The translations under genes and the position numbers were made by a program. Shown here piece by piece: positions 29,167-43,050 of a stretch of DNA of 64,000 nucleotides. Numbering within the stretch: the stretch's first letter is position 1; each line of letters starts with the position of its first letter. Under the pieces are notes generated by a model. It made no database searches. It was not told the DNA's origin and worked only from the letters and a program-made list of their open reading frames with translations. The stretch is from the human T2T-CHM13v2.0 reference genome, Homo sapiens: NCBI RefSeq assembly GCF_009914755.1, contig NC_060946.1; one strand, given 5' to 3'.

Positions 29167-29446
29167 AAGAAACATGCCATTTTAAAAGGAGACACAGAGA
29201 AAGAGAGAGAATTATACTCAAGGCATATGCTTGCGAAAATAACATAAGGCAACAAAAAGAATAATTCCAATTTTTAAAAAGGGCCAATGGAAAATTGATC
29301 AAGGAGACACAGGAATGTGAACATTAAATACAAATAATAACATAATTTCAAAAATATTTTTAAGAACTGAAAGGATTACAGGGAAAATTTGGAAGATTCA
29401 CAATCACCATGGGAGGGTCTTTGTAGCACAGTTCTGTCAGGAAATA

Positions 29447-29799
29447 CAATCATATATTGCGTAACAATAGGAAGAGGGAGGGAGAAATGTGTCATTAGGT
29501 GATTCTGTCATTGTTTGCTCATCGTAGAGTATACTGACTCAAACCTAGATGGCATAGTCTCCTGTAGGCCCAGGCTGTGTGGCAGATCCTATTGTTCCTA
29601 ACCTACACACCTGTACAGCATGTACAGGTACTATAAGGGATACTGTAAGCAACTGTAACACAATGGTAAGTGTCTGTATATCTAAACATTTCTAAACATA
29701 GAAAAAGTACAGTCAAAATACGGTATTATAATCTTATGGGACCACCGTCACGTATGTAGTCCCTCTTGCATCAAAAGGTTGTTATGTGCTGCATGACTC
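29447..29799 (-). mobile_element. Tigger3a (Golem)-like TcMar DNA transposon
   Basis: TA-flanked; ends ...TATTATAATCTTATGGGACCACCGTC...GTTATGTGCTGCATGACTC, the reverse complement of the Tigger3 5' end. Confidence 0.8.
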
Positions 29800-29819
29800 T
29801 AATAGAATGAGTAAGAAGA

Positions 29820-30155
<336 letters not shown>

Positions 30156-30584
30156 TTAGAAGACTGAATAACATAATTAACAGGCTTACGATTACCTGTG
30201 CAACGCTGAGTGCCTCTCCTCGAACCCAACAGGGCGCATATTTGTCCTATGGAAGTGCACAACCTACATTTATTAACACTGAAGAGGCGCAAACATTCCA
30301 GTGGATTTTCCATCACAAGTCGTTTGGCAGGAACTGGCCGGTGCCTTTTAAGGTTCTTCTGACCTTCATTCACACTGTGGCCGAAGTCCTTGCTGCCTCT
30401 CAGAACCCCTTGATCTTTTTCCCCACTCCTCCTCACCTGAAGCTGGCCCAACCTTCCAATTCAGCACACATTTGCTTTAGGAGATGCCTGTCAGCTGGCT
30501 TCCCAGAAAACATGACTCTCTCCTTTCTCTGAACTTTGAGCGCACCTGTGATATGAAATACGACAGCTCGCTCATCACATACTC

Positions 30585-30860
30585 TTTTTATTCATTGCCA
30601 GAATATAATATTCCTAGAGTCCCCACTCTGTGCCAGTACCCTTCCAGCCACTGGGGAGAGGGTTGTGAGTAAAATAGTTTCTGCTCCTCATGGAACTTAC
30701 ATACTAGTGGGGAGCACCACTTGACTTGTGCTGGGAAGAACACGAAGCGAGAGAATGGCTCCCGGCAGGGACGAGGAGGGTCATATTTTAAACAGGGCAG
30801 CCAGGGAAGTCCTTGGTGGCCAATCAGACTGGAACGGAGGGAACGGAGGTGTAAACAAAC
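30585..30860 (-). mobile_element. L2 fragment
   Basis: TTATTCATT...CACTCTGTGCCAG...CTCATGGAACTTACATACTAGTGGGG matches the antisense L2 3' region. Confidence 0.55.
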
Positions 30861-31043
30861 GAGCAAGAATGAGTATCCATAGCCAGATTTGTTAGTGCCT
30901 CACATCTAGGAATACCCTTTTGTTTGCCTTGGTTCTTAAAAATAACTGTGTTGAAAACTCTCTCACCAATTGCCGTCCAAAGCCTTGGATTACACACGAT
31001 TAATTCTCCCAAAACAGCCTGCATCTTCTCCTATAAATATCTA

Positions 31044-31459
<416 letters not shown>

Positions 31460-31912
31460 TTATGGACTCCTAGAGTAAGAAAGGAACATGTCTCATATTT
31501 AGATGAATTCCAGGAAATGAAAGAATTGGAGATACTGAGAAAATTGCTTAAGTCTCTTTCCTAGTCAAACTGAGTCAAGGCACTGGGACCCCTGCTATGG
31601 TTTCCAGGAGGTGTCTCCTCCCCCAGCAGCCCCAACCTGCCCATAGCACTCTCTTGATGTGGTCTCATGGGAGACAGCATTACTGTCACCCAACTGTCAT
31701 TCATGAGTTTATGTAAATGTATATAACCAAAAGTTAGGCTTAGCACTGAACGAAAGGACCATAAAGTTTTCACTACCAGACATGGCAGATATGTCTGCTC
31801 TTAGCCATGTTGAAGAGACTATGAAGTGCATTTGCAGAAGGAAACAGTAAAAGGCAACAGAGCTGAGACTGAAATGATGAGCAGACAATTCCACACATAC
31901 CCAGAGTGACAC

Positions 31913-32650
31913 TGTAATTAGCCAGGGTTCTCCAGAGAAACAGAACCAGTAGGGGATAGATGGATTAGATAGGGAGAGAGAGAGAGAGAGACAGAGAGAC
32001 AGAGATAATAGATAAGATAGATAGATGATAGATAGATTAGATAGCATAAATTAGACATATAGATGATAGATTAGATAGATACATGATAGAAGAGATACAT
32101 GATAGCTTAGATAGGTAGATAAGACAGATGATAGATGATAGATAGATACATAGATAAGATGGCATAGACTAGACAGATGATAGATTAGATAGATAGATAA
32201 CAGATAGATAGTAGATAGATTAGACACATAGGTGATAGATTTGATAGGTAGATAAAGATAGATAATACATACATACATAGATGGTAGATTTGATAAAGAC
32301 AATAGATTAGATAGATAATAGATTAGATAGATGATACATATATTAGATAGATAGTAGATAGATTAGATAGATGATAGATTTGATAGATAGATTGGATAGA
32401 TAATAGATAGGATAGATTAGATAGATGGATAGATTAGATAGGATAGATTAGACAGATAGGATAGATGATAGATAGATAGATAGATAATTAGATTGATAGA
32501 TTAAATAGATGATAGATGATAGATAGATAGATAATAGATAAATAGATAATTATCAGGAATTGGCTCCTTCTCATGGAGGCTGAGAAGTCTCACAGTATGT
32601 GGTCTGCAAGTTGGAGACCCAGGAAAGCCAGTAGTATAATTTAGTCTGAT
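31913..32650 (-). mobile_element. MLT2-family (ERVL) LTR fragment with internal (GATA)n expansion
   Basis: TAGCCAGGGTTCTCCAGAGAAACAGAACCAGTAGG then, after the array, GGAATTGGCTC...GGAGGCTGAGAAGTCTCACAG...TCTGCAAGTTGGAGACCCAGGAAAGCC. Confidence 0.85.
31955..32548. repeat. Degenerate (GATA/GA)n simple repeat
   Basis: Directly visible. Confidence 0.93.
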
Positions 32651-32664
32651 CTAAATCAGACTAA

Positions 32665-33517
32665 ATCACCATCACCATAATAATCACCACCATCATCATC
32701 ACCATCACCTTAATCACCATCACCATCATCATCACCATCATCACTCTCATTATCACTACCATCACCATTATCATTATTCCCTCATTATCATCAACACCAT
32801 CACCACTGTTATCACCATCATCATCACTATCATCACTACCATCACTATCACTATCACTATCACCATGATCACTATCATCATCACCATCATCACCCATCAT
32901 CACTATTATCACCATCACTATCACCAAAACCATGATCATCACCACCATCATGACCATCACCACCATCATCTTCACCATTACCACCATCATCATCACCATC
33001 ATCACTCTCATTATCACTACCATCACCATTATTATCCCCATCACCATCATCACCACCATCGCCAGTGTTATCACCATCATCATCATCACTATCATCACTA
33101 GTATCATCACTCTCACCATCATCACTATCATCATCACCACCATCACTATCATCACCATCACTATCACCATCACCATGATTATCACCATCACTATCACCAT
33201 AACCACAATGAACCACCATCACCATGACCATCACCATAATCATATCACCATCATCATCACCATTATCACCATCACCATCATCACCATCATTATCACTATC
33301 ATCACCATTATCATCATCACCTTCATTATCATCATCACTGTTATCATCACTACCATCACGATCACCATTATCATTATCCCCATCATCATCACCACCATCA
33401 CCATTGTTATCATCATCACTATCACTATAATTATCACTATCACCATCATCATCATCACCATCACCATGACTATCATCACTGTCATGATCATCACCATCAT
33501 CTATCATCACTATCATC
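32665..33517. repeat. Degenerate (CAT/CAC)n triplet array, about 850 bp
   Basis: ATCACC/ATC mosaic. Confidence 0.95.
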
Positions 33518-33562
33518 AGATAATGAATTATCTTTTACTGTCTGTGGACAATTATCATAGGA

Positions 33563-33781
33563 CAAGATTTCTCTATCTTGGCACTATTGACATCTGAGGT
33601 CTGGATAATTCTTTGTTGTGGGAAGTTGCCCTGTGCGCTGTAGGACATTTACTAACATCCCTGGCCTCCACCCACTAGATGCCAGTAGCAACTGCCACCC
33701 CTAGTTGTGACAGCCTGTAATATTTCCAGACATTTCCGTATATCCCCTGGGGTCAGAGTAGCCCCTGTTTGAGACCCACTG
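33563..33781 (-). mobile_element. MER20 hAT-Charlie DNA transposon
   Basis: CTTGGCACTATTGACAT...ACCCACTAGATGCCAGTAGCA...TTGAGACCCACTG matches reverse-complement MER20. Confidence 0.88.
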
Positions 33782-36049
33782 CTCAAGAACCATTTGCTCT
33801 TGCTCTGAAAGCAGGATCCTATGCTCATAGACTCACGTTCCAATGCAAAAAATGAGCATGCCTGTGTCTGCCTGTGGAGGAGCATATGGGGAAAGGCAGG
33901 ATTGAATTTAGATTCTTATGCGGCCTACCAGGGATATCATACGGCAGAGAATATCACATTGATTATTTTTTCATGTACACTGAAATTGGAAAATGTAAAT
34001 CTGGATGACACCTTGTGAAAACCCAGATAGAGTCACCAATGTGAACCTGCTGGAAGGACGGAGAGTCAGGATGACTTGTCTCTGTTGTCAGGACTTTAAG
34101 TTACAGATGGAAAGATTCCTTTTACCCAAATGCCAAACACCAATTTTGAAAACACACTCAAACATCTGCCTTCCCCTCAGTCATATTCAGACACCCTCTG
34201 TTCTTTGATGTCACTGCTGAATTCCAAAAATGCCCAATTTTACTTGGGACTCATCTTCCCTGATGTGATGGTTGGAAGTTGGGAATTAATCAGCTTCACC
34301 TCCCCCAGCTGGGAGGAGATTCGAAGAGTGGTGGTATTGGAAGGGATGGTGACTCACTGAAAAGACATCACGGAAATGGTGCAAAGGGCAACTGAAAAGC
34401 CGCAAACAGCAGAAACCGCCGAGACGCCTGCAAGAGCTTCAGATCCTTAATCTTCATTTTCCACTTCTTTGATCTGCACTTTGATTAGCTTCTCACTTTC
34501 TCCATCTGCTTGAATTTGTCGCTATTAATTTACAATAGATTTCCTTGTGCCCTTATGCCAACTGTTTCTCTCGAGTCAGTGGAGTTCTGACAATCAGAGG
34601 AGAGGGGCAGGTGAGCGTGGAACAGCGTGTCCACATCAGCACAGATATCCAAGAGCAGGGTTCGGGGGTTACAGAGTGAAGACACAGCTCCCTCCTCACA
34701 CCAGGTACATCCCATGCTGTGTGACATCTTCTGGCCTCACTCTCACAATCGTTGGGATGCCTCAAATAGAGCTGCCTTCTCGGAAACTCTGCCAGCTTCC
34801 CATCTGGGAGGCTAGGATGATGATAGACTCTTGATGTCTAACAGAGACCAATTTTTGTTGAATACTTGATGCGGCCCCCAGGGGTAGGCAAAGGAGTGAC
34901 TGTGGAGGTAAGAGGGGGAATTGAGGCACAGGAAGACGCCCATAGTGGAGCATATCCTTTTAATTTACACCACGCCTTCCAAATTCTTTCTCCTTTAGCT
35001 CCAGGAAAATCTCACACTCTTGAAGGTCACTGCCTCCCATGGCACCACTGGGTTCTGTCCTCAATGCTGAAATCTGCCACCTAAGGCCACATCTCTGGGC
35101 TCTCATTCCCTCCCCTCTCACAGTGACATCTTGGAGACCTGCACCCCCCATCACTCTTTCCACCTCCATGTGTGAACTCACCTGGGCCAATTTCAAAATT
35201 CAAGAAGACGGCCTCATGGCCTTATGTGCACAGATCTTACAAGTGCTTACTAGGATAAAATTGTGCCTAACTCCTGGAGGACCAACTGTACCACACACCC
35301 CAGTTCACCTAAGTTTCGATTTGGCCAAGATGTATTTTTCGCCTATACAACTTCCAAGAAAAAAAAATTCAAGAAGTGCTCAGCTCTGGCTGAGCTACAC
35401 CAATTTAAACAATTTAATTTTTTTTATGTTGTCAAGTAGAACATGTCAAGTAACTCCTTGGTTAAATTATCATGTAAGGCCAGTCCTGCTAATTTTCTTG
35501 AAACCAAGTTATAATCAGCCTCAATGTGGTTTGGCTGGGTCTGTCTCTTGAGGTTGAAAGCCATTTGCACATTATAAATAACAGCTTTCACTTCTCATCA
35601 AGATTTTTAAAGTCTTGAAATCAGGTTGCAACCCCAGCAAAATGTTAAATGCAGACAACACTCAGAGGCCTGGAGTAACTTACTCGGAGTCTCTCAACTG
35701 ATAAAGGCCCCACTCTCTGGTTCTCTAGCAGAGGTCTCTTTGGCCTCAGAGCCCTCTGGCCACTCCTCCAAACTTGACCTCTCTCTCTGTGACCCTCCAA
35801 CTCTACAGCCCACCTCCCACACTCACTCCTTTCTTTATGCCTCCGAAGCGAGACACTCTGGCACAGCCATCTGGAGCAAGCAACTTTCATGAGACCAACT
35901 TGATGCAGGAACATTCAGACATGGCTTAACAAAACCCACGTTATTATAGTTTCAAGCATTTTTATGGGTTTTACAACAGTCACAACAAAACCTGAAGCAA
36001 CCCTGCCTAACTTGAGCTGAGGCATGGGCTAGAGCTCTCCATGCCGCCC

Positions 36050-36430
36050 TATGCCCAATTCTCTCATCCCTTTGGGCTCAAGGGGCCCTCGTGCCTGCCA
36101 CTGCCTTGCAGCTGGTGGGACCATGTGACTAGCTCTGTGATGGTCCTGAGCAGTTGCAGGACAAGCCATTTGGGGCCAGAGCCCTCACTCGCTGGTGTGA
36201 TTCCCCCAGTGCTTTGCTGCCTGGCCACCGCAATCCTAGATTGAAATGGAGGGTGCTTAGGGTCAGAGCAGCCTGAGGAATTCTGAGTCAAGTCATGGGG
36301 GATGATTACCTGAGAGACAGAGGGACTGGCCTGGATTTGCATGAGTCAGAAATAAGCTTTTGACATGTCAACCCACAGAGATCTGAGGTTTCTGATTACT
36401 GCAACAAACCAAGATCATCCCCACTGATCT
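36050..36430 (+). mobile_element. Degenerate MLT1-type LTR fragment
   Basis: CCTTGCAGCTGGTGGGACCATGTGACTAGCTCTG and GAGTCAGAAATAAGCTTTT...CACAGAGATCTGAGGTT resemble old MLT1. Confidence 0.45.
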
Positions 36431-37122
36431 TACCCTTACTGTGTCACAGATGCCTGCTCCAGCTGCCTCATCTCCTCTTGTGTTCACAACAGACCTAGAA
36501 ACCAGTGTCTCCCAGCATGGTGACTTTCCAGATGGGGAAACCGAGTCTTGGAGAAGTATGATGAACATTCTAAGGTAACACAGCAGAGCTTGGACCCCTA
36601 CCTGGGCTTGTCTGAATCCATAGCTCTCAGGCGCTCTGCTACCCACCAGCCCTTACGGATGCCCAGCCTTCCACAGCATGGGCCTACTCACTCTTCCCTG
36701 AATACTATTCCATTAAGCTGAGCTTAACTGAACCCTGAGTGGCCCATTCCTCATCCCACCCTTTCCCACTTCAGGTCAGCCCCAACACTATCCTCGTTCA
36801 CCCTGGTTGATTCCAGGCCATCAATATCTCATGTGTTAAGACCCTACTAGTTTTTCAGAAACCTTATAGTCCAACACCTGACTAAAAGTTCAATCGCCAA
36901 TGGCCAAGGTCCAAATGTTAAATTCATTGTTCTTGCTGATTCAACAGCTCTGTAATTTCTAGTTTCCAAATGGTCCACATTTGGCAAAACGCAATTCAAT
37001 TTAGAAAACAGTAAATGTGTGTTTGCTACCTGTAGAATCCTGTGGACACAAGTCAATATCAGATTTCCCATAAGTATATCATGGCTCAAAACTTTGATAC
37101 CAAGAAAGGAAAATGATTCTAA

Positions 37123-37757
37123 CATGATGATGGTAATGATAGTGATGAGAATGGTAACAATAATGGTGGCATTTATGGCAGTGGTGATGACATAGGTGTT
37201 AATAATAAAGATGATATGATGATAATGATGATGATAATGATAACTATAACAATAATGGTGGTGGTGATCATGGTGGTGATGGTAGAAATGATGGTAATGG
37301 TGATGATAATGATGATTGTGGTGATGATTACAGTGATAATAATGATGGGGGTGATGGTGATGACAATGGTGATGATGATGATGGTCATGATTATAACGAT
37401 AATGGTAATGATGGTGATGGTGGTGATGGTGACGGTAATGATTTAGGGTGGTGGTTATGATAATGGGATGATGCTGATGATAATGATGATGATAAAATGA
37501 TGACAGTGGTGATGATGATGATGATAGTGGTGATGGTGGTGATGGAGATGATCACAGTTGTTATGATAATGTGATGATCATGATGATAATAACAGTTATG
37601 ACAAAAATGATGATGGTGGTGGTGATGATGATGAGGGTGATGGTGACAACAGTGGTGATGATGGTGGTGATGATGGTGGTGATGGTGATGATGGTCATGG
37701 TGATGGTGGTGATGATGATCGTGATGATGATGATGATAACAATGGTGATGGTGATAG
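37123..37757. repeat. Degenerate (ATG/GTG)n triplet array, about 630 bp
   Basis: ATGGTG/ATG mosaic. Confidence 0.95.
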
Positions 37758-37769
37758 TTAAATCCATGT

Positions 37770-37960
37770 ACTGGGAACTCTACTTAATACTCATTATCAC
37801 ATTTAATATGACAATTATACTATTTACTCTTCCTAACACATCCATGGGAAAAGTGAAGCACATGAGGTTACGTCATCTGGTTGAAGTTACACAGTATGAG
37901 CAAGGAATCAAAACTCAATCCCAGGTATTCTGACTTCACAGCCTGTGCTTTAGACACCAC
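37770..37960 (-). mobile_element. MIR fragment
   Basis: GAAAAGTGAAGCACATGAGGTTACGTCATCTGGTTGAAGTTACACAG resembles antisense MIR. Confidence 0.55.
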
Positions 37961-38734
37961 TGCATGAGCAGACCTGGAAACGTGATCAGCCAGAAATACC
38001 AAATCCAATCGATTCATGTATTAAAAATGCATGGATCCCCCTCCGCATGAGGCACCTCTGGGGACAATGTCCGGAGTCACACATTCTGAGCTCTCCAGAT
38101 ACAGACTATCCGCAGAGAAGCTCTAGAAGTCCTTCTTCCATTTCCCCACGGTGAGATCTCCTCACCTTCAGTGGGGGACTGACCCCAGCTCCCTGTGAAA
38201 CCGTCCCTGATCCCTCGGCACTGAGCACCTGCCCCTCACTCCTCTGTGCTTCATGGCAGCAGTACTCAGCACCTCTAACCCAAAGGGGGGCCACCATGCT
38301 GCTTCTTCCACTGGGGGCTGGAGGGAGGGCCATACCATTCATGTTTCTGTGTTTCTAGCTCGGGCCCTGGTATCCACCCTTTTCCATGGTAAACCTGCTG
38401 AGCTGGGTAAAGGGGCCCATCACAAGAAGCTCTGTTCTCTGGAGCTCCCACTAGTCTGGAAAACAATGATCTAATAATAACAGCGCTTTCTCTCTGTGAT
38501 GAATGCCGCCAGGGGAAGCTGTAGCTTGCAACAAGAACTTGAAATAAGCGACCTAACATAGTCAAGGGTGATCAGAAGGTTCTCTAGGGAGGGCACATCT
38601 AGGCTCAGCCCTAGAAAATGTGCTGGAGTCAACCAAAAAGATCATGGAGCTAGTACAAAAAACATTTTGAAGGAAGGAAGGGAGGGGAGGCAGGACTTTG
38701 AGAGTGTGGCCTAAACTCTTTAAAAAGTACTCTG

Positions 38735-39035
38735 GGCCAGGAATGGTGGCTCACACCTGTAATCCCAGCACTTTGGGAGGCCGAGGCAGGTGGATCACTT
38801 GAGGTCAGGAGTTCAAGACCAGCCTGGCCAACATGGTGAAACCCTGTATCTACTAAAAATAAAAATAAAATAAAAAATTAAAAATAGCCAGGTGTGGTGG
38901 GAGGCACCTGTAATCCCAGCTACTCATGAGGCTAAGGCAGGAGAATCACTTGAACCCAGAAGGCGGGGTTTGCAGTGAGCTGAGATTGCACCATTGCACT
39001 CCAGCCTGGACAACAAGAGCAAAACTCTGTCTCAT
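38735..39035 (+). mobile_element. Alu (AluS-like)
   Basis: Full Alu; TSD remnant ACTCTG before the element and after the expanded tail. Confidence 0.93.
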
Positions 39036-39216
39036 AAAAAGGAAGAAGGAGAAGAAGAGGAAGGAGAAGGGGAGGAGAAGGAGGAGGAGAAGAAGGAGAA
39101 GAAGAAGAAGGGGGAGGAGGAGGAGGAGGAGGAAGGGAGGGGAAGGAGAAAGGGAAGAAGAAGAGGAAGAAGAAGAAGGAGAAGAAGAAGAAGAACAACA
39201 ACAACAACAACAACAA
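39036..39216. repeat. Polypurine (GAA/GGA)n tract followed by (CAA)7
   Basis: 160 nt with only A/G (39036-39195), then CAA repeats. Confidence 0.95.
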
Positions 39217-39289
39217 CTCTGAGCCATCCCAACCTCAAATCTAGGTGATTTCTAGGAGAAAATGGGTTGATCTGGGGTAGTGATATTGA

Positions 39290-39500
39290 TCACATAATCT
39301 CGAGTCCACCCAACACAGGTTCTAATCTCAGATGCCTCCTTTAACCACGTGATCTTGAGCATTATAATGAACCCCTGCACCTGTCAGTTTCTTCCCTGTA
39401 AAATGGGAATAATAATGACCCCATCCATGGAGATTAAATGAAGAAACGCATGTAAAAAGCATGCCAAGTACCTGCCAAATAGTGAAACTTCAAATAATAA
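39290..39500 (+). mobile_element. MIR
   Basis: TCAGTTTCTTCCCTGTAAAATGGGAATAATAA...GAGATTAAATGA...CATGTAAA matches the MIR core. Confidence 0.75.
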
Positions 39501-40289
39501 GAAGTGGGCATGGTGACCCCTTTGCTGTCACAGGCCTAAGCTGTGGCTAGCCCTGCTGGATAGGGGGATGGGGGCAGCAGCCCTGCCTCATCAGGTGGTG
39601 GTGATGATGGTCATGATGATGACGATGGACAAGACATTGAACCAGGGCATATCAGACTCACTGCCATGCCGATGACCCACAGTATTTCTCTCCTCGTTCC
39701 TGTGGCTTCTGTCTTTACGGCATTTCATGTTATTTCTCAAAATCACCAACAAGAAGAGCCCAGAGGGGGTGAGTGAGTCAACAAATGGGTGCGGGTGGAG
39801 GGGGCTTTGCTGGTCACAGCCAGCACCGCAGACGGATCCACGGTGACCCTTTTGGCAACCGGCCACGTAGGGCCAGATGGGCGGCACAGGGAGGTGTGTT
39901 GTGCCGTTTAACTCTCCATTCCTTACACATGGAGTCTCATGATGTTCGCTTTTGTTGGATTCAAAATGGAAATGACCTGACTTTCTGGCCGATGAGAACT
40001 GGCTTGAAACGCAGGCTCCATCCCACGCAGGTTTGATGGGTTTTGTTCTTCTCTATACTCATCTAATTATTCCACAGAAGCTTACTGAGCATGTGCTCCA
40101 TGCCAGCCCTGTTCCCACCCGTGTGCACGATAGAAACGGGCCAGCCCTCATGAGCTTCTAGCCTGGGGAGCGCCCATATGGTAACCCATCATAAATAACA
40201 GTGAAATGCACACAGCATGCGGTAAGAAGGTATAATCGTGGTGTGAACCCTGTCCGCTCATAATGAAAAATCTGACATTGGTTGGATAG

Positions 40290-40607
<318 letters not shown>

Positions 40608-40699
40608 TAAAAAAAAATAGAACTCTCTGGAGGTCTCTGCACAAGTTATACCTCCAGTATTGGAAATGACATGGAGATGAAATAAACAGTGGTGCCATG

Positions 40700-41020
40700 T
40701 GTGAAGAGGCAGGAGTCCTACACCACTGAACGGTTTGGCAGAAGAGATGCCTCACATTTGTTGCCAGCCTTTTGGCTCCTGTGATCTTCAAGACACTTGC
40801 CGCATGTGTGTCTGCGCAGTGGCTGTGGTCTGCAAATTGTGTAAGTGTTTGCTGTTCATTCAAAAGCCCAGTTATTCCTCAGTCGTTGCAATTAGGCAAT
40901 TTTCTGCTTTTGAGGCACCGATAATAATTAGCTTCTAAACGTTTATCTTCCACTGTTGAGTAGCATCGTCCACTTAAGTGACCGCAGCCTTTTTGCGAGG
41001 GAACAATTTTGCAGGTCCCT
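40700..41020 (-). pseudogene. Decayed MULE transposase N-terminal FLYWCH zinc-finger fragment
   Basis: ORFs 40879-41079 and 40579-40863 join through one stop: IVPSQKGCGHL...Y...YYRCLKSRKLPNCND*GIT...DHSH, a FLYWCH-like pattern. Confidence 0.65.
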
Positions 41021-41082
41021 TCTACTAGGTTGTAAGGAATACAGTAAGAAAAACGAATATTCAGCTTCTCCGATATCAAATC

Positions 41083-41630
41083 TGTATGATTCAGGGTGCT
41101 CTAGAAAGACAGACCAATAAGATACGAATACCTATATATGAGAGAGAATTTATTAGGGGAATTGGCTCACACAATTATGGTGGTTGGTAAGTCCCACAAC
41201 AGGCCGTCTGCAAGCTGGATACCCTGAGAAGCCGGCAGTGTGGCCCAGCCCAAGTCAAAAGGCCTCAGAACCAGGGGAGCTGCTGGTAACTCTCAGTTTG
41301 AGGCCAAAAGCCTCAGGACCTGGGGCCTAAGCTATAAGTCCTGGAGTCCAAGCCAGCACGCCTGGAGTTCTGATGTCCAGGGCAGGAGAAGAAAAATCTG
41401 TCCCAGCTCTCGGAGAGAGACCAGTTCACCTTCCACATCACCTTCCACACGTGTTCTCTGCAGGCCCTGGCCAATGGGATGGTGCTCACCGACGTGGAGG
41501 GCAAATCTTCCGTGCGCAGTCCACCCAGATGCACACACCCATCTCCCCTGGAAAAACCCTCACAGACACACCCACCACATTTCTAGGTATTCCTTAGTCC
41601 AGAGAGGTTGACATCTAAAATTAAGGCTGT
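41083..41630 (-). mobile_element. MLT2B-like LTR within Ricksha
   Basis: ATTTATTAGGGGAATTGGCTCACACAATTATGG...GTCCCACAACAGGCCGTCTGCAAGCTGGA...GTTGACATCTAAAATTAA. Confidence 0.85.
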
Positions 41631-41780
41631 AAGTCCACTCCTTGTCCACTCAGCACTCATATGTGTCTCTTTAAACCATATTGATTTTCAGATAATGACA
41701 GTAGCAAGGTAGTAGTTCTCCCTGATTAACACAATGCAACGACCCTACATACAACCGAAAACACACCAATCCCTTCCCCA
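41631..41780 (-). mobile_element. ERVL internal 3' fragment adjoining the LTR
   Basis: AGTCCACTCCTTGTC...CTCTTTAAACCATA resembles the antisense ERVL PPT-proximal region. Confidence 0.6.
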
Positions 41781-42244
41781 GAATGTGGCTTTCAGGATTG
41801 CAGCCATTTGGGATTTTAACCTTTTGGGATTGTGACTTTGGGACTATGATTTGCACTAGTGGGTGTGTGTGTGAGAGAGAGAGAGAAACAATTAGCTGAA
41901 GGGAAATAAGAAGATTTCTGTTTATTGTTTGGTTTCCATTTCTCTTTGGTTTGTTTCCATTAAGTTGAAGACACTCGTGTACAAAAACTAACAGGAATGA
42001 TCTAGTTGAAGCCTTGTCTCGGAAAAATTATTTGCCTTCACTTAGTTTCAAATTCCATGTGGGTAAAATTAAAATAATCATACTTAACTCAAGGAGCTTT
42101 ACTAGAAATTAAACACGTGTATATCACTCACAGATCTTAGGAGCAGACATTCAGTTAATGGTGCAATTATTATTCAGATCATTCTTAGTATGTCTTACCT
42201 ACCAGACTGAAAACAATACAAGCGCAGGGATGTGGCTCATAGAT

Positions 42245-43050
42245 ATTTTATTAATTTTAACTTTTTATTATCATATAGTAAAATGGGCTGTTTTGGGGTA
42301 TACTTCAATGAGTTTTAGTATGTATGGATTCATTTGACCACCACCACAATCAGAACACAGGACAAGTCCATCACCCCCAAAATTCTCATGTTGTGTCTCT
42401 TCACAGTCATAGCTCTTTAAACCTTAACCCTGACAACTAGTGATCAGCTCTCCATTGCTGTAGGTTTGTCTTATTTGGAACATCACACAAATGGAATCAC
42501 ACATAATACGTAACTATTTAATACTGGCTTCTTTCACTCGGCAGAATGTCTCTGAGATTCGCCCAGGTGGTATGTACATCAGTCATTCATTCCTTTTCAA
42601 TGCTAAGTAGTATTCCATTCCACAGCCGAAGTTTGTTTAACCATGCACCTGTTCAAGGGTATTTAGTTAGTTTGCTCCCATATATCCTGTTTGGTGAACT
42701 GTTTTAGGTTTTGAACAATGATGAATCGATATAAAAACATTTATCTAGAGATCTATATGTGGACAAAAAATTCTCAGTCCACTTGGGTAAATACCTAGGA
42801 CTGGAATCAATAGGTCATGTGGCAAGTGAATGTTCAGCTTTAGAAGGGGCTGTGAAACTATTTTCTAGAGTGGTCCTCACCATCTCACATCCTACCAGCA
42901 ATGTCTGAAAGTTCTATTTTCTCTACATCCTTGTCAGCACTTAGTACTGTCAGTATTCTTTATTTTAGCCATTCTAATAACTATGTACTGCTGCCTCAAG
43001 ATGTTTTAATGCAGATTTCCCAAATCAAATGCTAATGATATCCAAGAACA
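42245..43050 (-). mobile_element. L1MB/MC-type 3' end
   Basis: CCACCACCACAATCAGAACACAGGACAAGTCCATCACCCC...TGGGTAAATACCTAGGACTGGAAT...TTTTAGCCATTCTAATA matches antisense L1 3' end. Confidence 0.8.

Larger units (their letters stand above)
40615..41857. mobile_element. Ricksha-type MULE DNA transposon (left end missing)
   Basis: Right end has the GGGATT-repeat terminus (TTTGGGATTTTAACCTTTTGGGATTGTGACTTTGGGACTATGAT); contains a decayed FLYWCH-like reading frame and an embedded MLT2 LTR plus ERVL internal piece. Confidence 0.75.

Noticed and set aside
32661-33597. Poly-His, Asp/Gly-rich and Ile/Thr-rich ORFs (similar ones at 37173-37933)
   Set aside because: Translations of degenerate triplet repeats.
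33672-33685. CTCF-like CCACTAGATGCCAG in MER20
   Set aside because: Mismatch at a core G and simply the MER20 consensus sequence; binding cannot be supported.
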